From the NCBI GenBank assembly GCA_965227775.1, contig OZ245777.1:2720001-2784000 (forward strand): a stretch of 64,000 nt of DNA, written 5' to 3'. Positions 57,562 to 64,000 of the stretch are shown one piece after another. Positions within the stretch are counted from its first letter, which is position 1. The number at the start of each line of letters is the position of its first letter. The notes under the pieces are model-generated. The model ran no database searches. It worked only from the letters and a program-made list of their open reading frames with translations, and had not been told where the DNA came from. Both the position numbers and the translations under genes were made by a program. The stretch comes from Phycisphaerales bacterium. Lineage in GTDB: Bacteria; Planctomycetota; Phycisphaerae; Phycisphaerales; UBA1924.

Positions 57562-59936
57562 CAGGGGTTCTCGGCTCGGGGTGCCTGGACGAGGATCACC
57601 CTGCCGCCGCGGTTGAGCAGCACGTCTCGCCCCAAGGCGAGCACGCCCTGGCGACGCTCGGCGAGCAGCTCCTCGGCCAGCTCGAAGTACCGCTCGCTCG
57701 CGAACTCGACGGTCTCGTCCACATCGGCATTGTTGGCCTCGAACGCGTCGAGCAATGAGGAATCAACCCACTGACCACCCCGGCTGAAGAGCGTCTGATC
57801 GCCAACCTGTCGCATGCCGGTGAGGATGACCTGTGCGCCGCCTGCGGTCTGCATGCGGTTGGCGGCAACGCTCTTGGCGGTCATCGTCTGGTAGTTGACG
57901 GCGTCCTGCTGCACAGCGCCAACACCCGTTCGATCATCGACAGCGGATTCCAGGCTGTAGAGGACACTCTGGCGCGAGGGAGCGGCAGGTTCTCTGGCCG
58001 CAGCCACCCGCATCCGGCTGTCAAGACGAGTCGCGCCTTCCCTGTCTGCGGTCTCTGCTCGGAGTGCCATCTGATTGTCGATCGCGACGCCCGCCTCGAT
58101 CGCCAGGAACGACGTGTACTCCGTCAGGATCCCCCATCGTGTGCTGAGGGCGACGATCTCGGAAATGAGTTCATCACTGAGTTCGCCCTTGCCATCAGCA
58201 CCGGCCTGCCGCACGGCGTCGACGAGCTGCGCGATGCGGCGCTGGGCCCAGAGGCGCGGTACGAAAGCGTGCTCGACGCTTGCCCGGCTTGGGTCGAAGG
58301 TCATCTGGAAGCTGCGCTTGCCCCCCGCGCCATCGCCGGCGAGCGTGAACGTCAGGTTTTCGTCTTCATCGGTATAGCGGCCCAGCACGACGAGCTGGTC
58401 GCCCTCGAAGATGTCTGGCAGATCGCCGGGCAGCATATCCTGCACGCTCGCCGTCTTGCTGGGCGTGAGTTTGGGAGAGGCCAGCACGGGACCGGTAAGC
58501 CGGCGGAACACCTGGCCCACCTTGGCCTCGACGCTCTCCTGCGGCAGCACGAACGTCGGCGCGCCGCGAGTCTCTCGGCTGATGGCGGTGAGCAGCGGTG
58601 CGTTGACGTCGTAGCCCACGCCGAATCCGAAGACGCGGCGGTCGTGCTTGTTCCACTTCGCAACGGCCTCGCGGATCGCGCTCTCCTGGGTCACACCAAC
58701 CGTCGGCAGTCCGTCGGTCAGGAAGATGACCATGGGCAGCACGCCCGAGGCGGGCTCGGTGCGCACGGCTGACATGAGGGCATCGTGGATGTTCGTGCCG
58801 CCAACCGCGGTGATGGCCTCGATGAACGCGATGGCCTCGGCCTCGGTCTGGGTGGTCTTCTCGACCGCGCCGGCGCTGAGCTTATTGATCGTGTCCGAAT
58901 AGGCGATGACGTTGAAGTACTCGCCCTCGTTCAGCCCGCTGATGACCTGGATGGCCGCCTCGCGGGCCTGCACGATCTTCTCACCCCGCATCGAGCCGCT
59001 CTTGTCGATCACGAGCGTGACCTCGCGCTTGACTGGCTCGCGGTCGCCGTCATCGGGCAGCGCGGGGGGACCGGCGACGAGCATGAAGTACCCGCCACCA
59101 GCGCTGTCCGGATACGCCACGAACGAGCTGGCCAGCATGCCGGCCTCCAGCGGCTCGCGCAGCCATCCCACGCGGAGCGGGCCGGGCGTGCCGCTGAACG
59201 CCTCTGGCGAGACCGAGACCTTGACGCTCGTGGCGCTCGGCGTCTCGGTCGCGATATCGTGCGTGGGCGAGTACACGGTCGCGATCGGCCGCGCGCCGTT
59301 GACGTCCATCGCGAAGGACCACGGCGCCCCCTGGAGCATCAATTCGGCCGAGCGCGGCAGCACGTACTCGATGCGGTCGCCATCTGCGTCGAGCTCGTGG
59401 TCGTAGGTCATGCTGACGGTCTGCTCGCCATTGGCGGGCACCGGGAAGACGCTCGAACGAACCAGGCTCGTGCCGACGAACTCAAGCAGCGCCGGGTCGC
59501 GCATCGAGGCGACGATGCGGTTGTAAATCGCGCGTGCCTCGTCGGCGGGCATGATCTTGGCGATGCCCTGCTCGCCCAGGCCTTCCAGCACGAATTGCCC
59601 GATGGCCGCGCCGTCGGGCACGGGCAGCAGCACCTGGGCCTCGGCCTGGCTTCCGCCGTGGTTGTGCAGCGTCATACGGATGGTCGTGCTGGCGGCCTGG
59701 CCGGTCGCCTTGGCCGAGACCTGCACCGACGTGATCTCGATCTGCGAGCGCGTTTCGCCTTGCAGCCAGACGCGCCGCTGCGGCACGACGATGTTGACGC
59801 CCGGCCGGCCGATCTCTTCCGAGAGTTGGGCCCTGGCATTGCCGGGCAATGCCGCCGTCGCCGCGAGGGCAAGGGCGAGCAAGCCGCCGCGAGCCGCGTG
59901 TGTCGTCCGAACCTTGAGAGCATGCCGCCTGATCAT
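57561..59936 (-). CDS. Secreted VIT + vWA domain protein
   Basis: Signal peptide; VIT-like N-domain (ARAIY..IV...RDPALLE); MIDAS DKSGSM, GGTNI, FLTDG; RLWAQRRI. Confidence 0.88.
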   Translation of the reverse strand: MIRRHALKVRTTHAARGGLLALALAATAALPGNARAQLSEEIGRPGVNIVVPQRRVWLQGETRSQIEITSVQVSAKATGQAASTTIRMTLHNHGGSQAEAQVLLPVPDGAAIGQFVLEGLGEQGIAKIMPADEARAIYNRIVASMRDPALLEFVGTSLVRSSVFPVPANGEQTVSMTYDHELDADGDRIEYVLPRSAELMLQGAPWSFAMDVNGARPIATVYSPTHDIATETPSATSVKVSVSPEAFSGTPGPLRVGWLREPLEAGMLASSFVAYPDSAGGGYFMLVAGPPALPDDGDREPVKREVTLVIDKSGSMRGEKIVQAREAAIQVISGLNEGEYFNVIAYSDTINKLSAGAVEKTTQTEAEAIAFIEAITAVGGTNIHDALMSAVRTEPASGVLPMVIFLTDGLPTVGVTQESAIREAVAKWNKHDRRVFGFGVGYDVNAPLLTAISRETRGAPTFVLPQESVEAKVGQVFRRLTGPVLASPKLTPSKTASVQDMLPGDLPDIFEGDQLVVLGRYTDEDENLTFTLAGDGAGGKRSFQMTFDPSRASVEHAFVPRLWAQRRIAQLVDAVRQAGADGKGELSDELISEIVALSTRWGILTEYTSFLAIEAGVAIDNQMALRAETADREGATRLDSRMRVAAAREPAAPSRQSVLYSLESAVDDRTGVGAVQQDAVNYQTMTAKSVAANRMQTAGGAQVILTGMRQVGDQTLFSRGGQWVDSSLLDAFEANNADVDETVEFASERYFELAEELLAERRQGVLALGRDVLLNRGGRVILVQAPRAENP

Positions 59937-60094
59937 GGGTCACCTCCTGGGCGGGCCGAGGGGAGAGAAAGAGGCCGGCCCGCACCAATAGTTAGTGATA
60001 CTTCTTGATCGGCCGTTGGTGCGTCACAACAGCGTAACGAGCGGGAAGGAACCGCCCTGCGGACACCTGAGAGGCGGTGCAGATGGACTTCGGC

Positions 60095-61312
60095 TCAGCC
60101 TTCGCGGCGGGCGGCCTGCTCCAGGATGGCGTCGGTGGCGGCCATCGAGGCCTCGAGCCCATCGAACCGACCGGCGATGTCACGCAGCGACTGGATCTGC
60201 TCGGCCATCGCCTCGGGTTCGGTAATGAGGGTGCGGGCGGCCATCGCGATGGGCTCGGGCCCGCCGAAGTGCGGCACCAGTTCGGGCACGACCTTCGTGC
60301 CGGCGATCAGGTTGGGCAGTGTGAAGTACCGCGTCGAGACGATCCACCGGCCGATCAGGTTGTACAGGAACTCGTTGGACTTGTAGAAGACGACCATCGG
60401 CCGCGCCTGCCGCGCAATCTGCAGCGTGACCGTGCCGCTGACGACCAGCGCCAGCTCAGCCCAGCGCACGGCTGAGTCGGTATCGCCAGCGATGAAGCCC
60501 ACGCCCTCGGGCACGCCGCCGTGGCGGTCTGCCAAGTCCCGTAGGCGCTGCTCCACGGCATCGTTGACGGCCACGATCATCGCGACGGGCGCGCGCCCAT
60601 CACGCCGGCACTTCTCGCACGCGGCGAGCTCGCGGAACGCGCCGAGGAGTAACGGCAGGTTCTTCTCGAGTTCGCTCGGGCGGCTGCCGGGGAACAGGCC
60701 GATCCGCCACGGGCCTGTTGCTTCACCCTTGCCGAACTCGGGCAGCTCCCTCGCTCGATCAAGCACGCGCTGGGGATCCAGCTCGTGGTCGAAGAGCGGG
60801 TGGCCGATGAACCGTGCGGGCACGCCTCGCGTCGTGAACCAGCCTTCCTCAAAGGGCAGCAGGCAAAGCACTAGATCCGTCAGCCTGCGCAGCTTGGCGA
60901 CGCGCCACGAGCCCCACGCCCATACCTGGGGTGCGACGAGGTGCACCACGCCGGTGCCGCCCGCCTTGGCCATGGCCGCGATGGGGAAGTTCGCCGCTGG
61001 CGAATCGACGGGCACGTGCAGCACGGGCTTGTGGCTAGCCATCCACTTGCGGATGCGGGCGTTGATGCGCTTGTGCTCGCGGATCTTGGCCAAGCCCGGC
61101 ATGCCCATGACGGCGTTCTCGCCGGTGCGTTCGATGACGACCGCCCCGGCGGCCTCCATTTTGGGCCCGCCCCAGGCGTAGACGGGCCGCTCCGGCTGCC
61201 GTTCGATGATCTCGGCGATGACCGGGGCGGCATGGTCGTCGCCGCTGGGCTCGAAGGCCGTGAAGAGGATCGGCCGCTTGGGCTGCGCGGTCTGGGGAGG
61301 GTTGGGTCGCAC
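60095..61312 (-). CDS. lpxB: Lipid-A-disaccharide synthase
   Basis: EPSGD, VDSPAANF, APQVWAW, LPFE, GHPL, PGSRPSE, SGTVTL, LPNLI. Confidence 0.92.
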   Translation of the reverse strand: MRPNPPQTAQPKRPILFTAFEPSGDDHAAPVIAEIIERQPERPVYAWGGPKMEAAGAVVIERTGENAVMGMPGLAKIREHKRINARIRKWMASHKPVLHVPVDSPAANFPIAAMAKAGGTGVVHLVAPQVWAWGSWRVAKLRRLTDLVLCLLPFEEGWFTTRGVPARFIGHPLFDHELDPQRVLDRARELPEFGKGEATGPWRIGLFPGSRPSELEKNLPLLLGAFRELAACEKCRRDGRAPVAMIVAVNDAVEQRLRDLADRHGGVPEGVGFIAGDTDSAVRWAELALVVSGTVTLQIARQARPMVVFYKSNEFLYNLIGRWIVSTRYFTLPNLIAGTKVVPELVPHFGGPEPIAMAARTLITEPEAMAEQIQSLRDIAGRFDGLEASMAATDAILEQAARREG

Positions 61313-61413
61313 GCACCAGTGAAGCGCGGGGGGCCGGGCGGGTCAACCGGCGGCGACGAGCCGGACAGACATCCAAACGGCCAGGAGATCCGCCGCGCGT
61401 ACCATCACTAGGC

Positions 61414-61836
61414 ATGACGCGATGCCCCCGATGCCAGTACGACGCCGCACGCCAGGGCGACGAGCCTCGCGTGGTGTGTCCCGAGTGTGGACACGAGTAC
61501 ACGCCCGGCGAGGCGGCCGACCGCCCCGGCCCATTCATTGCCGCAGCGGTCGTGTTCACGATCGCCCTGGCCGCCATGGCGGGCCTGCTCGCTTGCACGT
61601 GGCAACTCGGTGACGCCTGGTTCGTACGTGATATGGAGCGATGGTGGTACGCCGGTGCCGTCGCGGGAGGCGTCGCGGCATACGCCCTCACCGCGTGCCT
61701 GTTCCCCGCCGCATTCCGCGGCTGGCGGCCGCGGCACAGCGTGGGCCTGCTCGTGTACCTGCTGCTCGCGAGCGGGCTGTACGTGATGGTCGCGTTTGCT
61801 TTGGTTTGGCTCCGCGGGCTCGCGGCCCAATCGTAG
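61414..61836 (+). CDS. Membrane protein with N-terminal zinc ribbon
   Basis: CPRCQYD...CPECG followed by 3 TMs. Confidence 0.65.
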   Translation: MTRCPRCQYDAARQGDEPRVVCPECGHEYTPGEAADRPGPFIAAAVVFTIALAAMAGLLACTWQLGDAWFVRDMERWWYAGAVAGGVAAYALTACLFPAAFRGWRPRHSVGLLVYLLLASGLYVMVAFALVWLRGLAAQS

Positions 61837-62024
61837 GGGATGCGCTCGCGCCAGCGGTTTGCGTTCCCACCGCAGACTGTCGGCGAGTCTGCAATCGGGA
61901 GATAGGCCGGTTCCACGCCTCATCGATGGAGGACGGCACCCAGCCCGGCCGCACCCAACGCGTGTTTTAGGAGTGAGGTGATGTTGGACTTCGTGCATCA
62001 ACGGCTCGTTCCTAGAGTCGAACA

Positions 62025-62495
62025 ATGTCGCGGACCCGCCGATACCTTGTCGAGCTAGCCACCAACGGGCGGCTCGACCTTGATCGTGATGAGCTTCGGT
62101 CGCTGGAGACGCGTGTCAACGACATCGCATCAACCGATAAGCGCTACGGCCTGATGGTGGGCCTAGGCGTGCTGTGCATGATCGCCTTGGGTTGGATCGT
62201 TGGTCTCACGCTGATGTGGTTGGGTCGGCTGGTTGGCCTGCCCAAGGGTGTGGAGATCGCCGCCGCGGGCCTGCTCACGCCCGCGCTATTGATCCCCTGT
62301 TGGTTCTTCATCTTTACACCGTTGCTCCGCGGCGCCATGCGCCGCGCCTTGCGGGAGCTTGGCCACGACGTGTGCGCTTCATGTGGGTACGTACTCGCGG
62401 GCCTGCCCGTTCTCGATGGCGTACGGGCGCCGTGCCCGGAGTGCGGCCGCAGGGACCAGCCACCCCTCGGTGAGCGGCAGTCGGTCGACGCCTGA
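62025..62495 (+). CDS. Membrane protein with C-terminal zinc ribbon
   Basis: 2 TMs followed by CASCGYVLAGL...CPECG. Confidence 0.7.
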   Translation: MSRTRRYLVELATNGRLDLDRDELRSLETRVNDIASTDKRYGLMVGLGVLCMIALGWIVGLTLMWLGRLVGLPKGVEIAAAGLLTPALLIPCWFFIFTPLLRGAMRRALRELGHDVCASCGYVLAGLPVLDGVRAPCPECGRRDQPPLGERQSVDA

Positions 62496-62515
62496 ATCTC
62501 TCGGAGGTAGCACAA

Positions 62516-63436
62516 GTGATTCTTTCGATAGCATTGCCTGCGTTGTTGGCCACACTTGCTGCACCACTGTCCGACCCGCCCCACGTCCTCTTCGTCCGCG
62601 GCGCTGAGCGCTCCGGTGGGTTCTTCTACCAGTCATCCGACGCCAATCTCACCGCCCAGCTTGCCGACATCAACGACGAGACGTCCGGCACGCGGAACAC
62701 CGGGTGGCACGCGTTGGCCGAGGCGCTGCGGGCCGATGGATTCGAAGTCTCGCAGGTCGTCGAGCCGCTGGAGGTGGGCGCACCGGAGAGTGGGCTCACG
62801 ACCGGCGCGCCGGTGCCGCTACACGAGAAGGACCTCGCGGCGTACGACGTGATCGTCATGGGCTCGAACAACGCGGCGTATGGGCCCGAGCACGTCGACG
62901 CGATCGCGGGCTACATCGAACGCGGCGGCGCGGTTCTGTTCATCGCCGATGCGAACTTCGGCTCCGACTGGGCCGACTCCACCGCATCGGACCAGCACTT
63001 CCTGGACCGCTTCGGCTGGATGCTCCAGCAGGACCAGGGCACGTACGCGCTGCGGCGGGCCGACGGCGACTTCGTGGCGCCCGACCATCCCGTGCTCCGG
63101 GGCGTCGACGCGTTCGATGGCGAGGGGGTGTCGCCGGTTGTGGTTCCCGTGGACGAGGCCGACGGCGTGCGCTCCGAGATCATCGCCCGCGCCAGGCCCG
63201 GCGCCCAGACCCGCAACAACGACGGCGAGCCGTCGGTAAACAACGGCCGCGGTTCTTCCCGCGTGGTCGGCGAGCGTGACGCGGCCCTGGCGATCGGGCG
63301 CTTCGGCGAGGGCGCGTTCGCGGTGCACTTCGACCGCAACACGTTCTTCAACGAAGGCGGGCAAGGCACGGACATCACCCGCCTGGACAACCGCCGGCTC
63401 GCGCTCAACCTGATCCGGTACCTGTCATCGGACTAG
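62516..63436 (+). CDS. Secreted protein with probable GATase1-like/ThuA-like fold
   Basis: Signal peptide; GGAGGT RBS; LAAYDVIV, YIERGGAVLFIAD, NRRLALNLIRYL. Confidence 0.6.
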   Translation: MILSIALPALLATLAAPLSDPPHVLFVRGAERSGGFFYQSSDANLTAQLADINDETSGTRNTGWHALAEALRADGFEVSQVVEPLEVGAPESGLTTGAPVPLHEKDLAAYDVIVMGSNNAAYGPEHVDAIAGYIERGGAVLFIADANFGSDWADSTASDQHFLDRFGWMLQQDQGTYALRRADGDFVAPDHPVLRGVDAFDGEGVSPVVVPVDEADGVRSEIIARARPGAQTRNNDGEPSVNNGRGSSRVVGERDAALAIGRFGEGAFAVHFDRNTFFNEGGQGTDITRLDNRRLALNLIRYLSSD

Positions 63437-63486
63437 GCCTGCGAGCTCGCACACATTGCCTGTATCACACGCAGCCGTGTTCGAGG

Positions 63487-64000
63487 CTACGTGAAGGACC
63501 CACCTGGCGATCGATCATGTCCCAAGGCATCGGCGACGCCCGAACATCGCAGCCTGCGGATCGCGTTCGCAATCATGATCGCTCGGTTGAGGTGCAGGAA
63601 CGCCAGGATCGACGCGACCAGCCCGAATGGCACGCCGGCGTAGGGAATCGCCGAGAGCACCAGCAGCACGCACAACGCCGTCGCCAGCCCAACGCTTGAG
63701 CGTGGCGCCTCAATGCCGTGCTGCTGAACGAAACGGTTGGCCTCGACCGACCAGCCGCGGTAGACCCGAAACACCCAGTAGAAATTGAAGAGGGGGATGA
63801 AAAGGAAGCCGATGGCCTTGCCCGGCGTGGTCCGTGTGGGCTGGATCGATGCCCACAGCTTGTACAGCAGAACCACCAGCATCACCGCACTGGCGATCAC
63901 GAGCAGAACGACCAGGCCCATCAGTACGAGCGCGATAGCGACCGTGTCGCGATCGCCCTCGATTGTCAATACGACCATCGGGACGATGGCGACCCACGCC
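63487..64000 (-). CDS. Membrane protein (DUF4328-like), 5' end possibly beyond window
   Basis: TPGKAIGFLFIPLFNFYW motif, multiple TMs. Confidence 0.65.
   Translation of the reverse strand, partial: AWVAIVPMVVLTIEGDRDTVAIALVLMGLVVLLVIASAVMLVVLLYKLWASIQPTRTTPGKAIGFLFIPLFNFYWVFRVYRGWSVEANRFVQQHGIEAPRSSVGLATALCVLLVLSAIPYAGVPFGLVASILAFLHLNRAIMIANAIRRLRCSGVADALGHDRSPGGSFT

Noticed and set aside
1..64000. CRISPR arrays, rRNA, tRNA, IS transposases
   Set aside because: No regularly spaced repeats, rRNA or full tRNA patterns, or transposase motifs seen by eye

Overview
GC-rich bacterial chromosome segment. Gene content (GC-type dockerin tails, VPAP-type PEP-CTERM proteins, prepilin-type proteins, lpxB) points to a planctomycete, probably Phycisphaerales (inference). 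Most of the window is housekeeping: lexA 3' end, ispD, ssrA, an EF-G paralog, gltX, cysC, sat, rsmB-like, ABC-F, mrpA-G, purEK, tilS, pepP, lpxB and two-component genes. Two loci stand out. (1) A 5,250-bp element is integrated in the 3' end of tmRNA (28-bp direct repeat at 1530-1557 and 6780-6807). It encodes a tyrosine integrase, excisionase, RHH repressor, Rep_trans rolling-circle initiator with a nick-site hairpin, and an Abi-like membrane cargo gene. The att core lies inside the integrase reading frame. Excision would therefore swap an 11-aa C-terminal tail for a 57-aa tail and join the repressor-xis-int operon to the otherwise disconnected rep operon. (2) An ABC-less, T1SS-like operon (33772-41123) has three membrane-fusion proteins (plain, GAF-fused, PqqD-like/M50-protease-fused) and a C-terminally truncated SecA paralog. 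It is flanked by tandem prepilin-like and PEP-CTERM genes. Also noted: a Wzt plus sulfotransferase-methyltransferase glycan locus and a pervasive TANNNT-N5-8-start (leaderless) signature. All family calls come from motif recognition by eye; no database searches were run.
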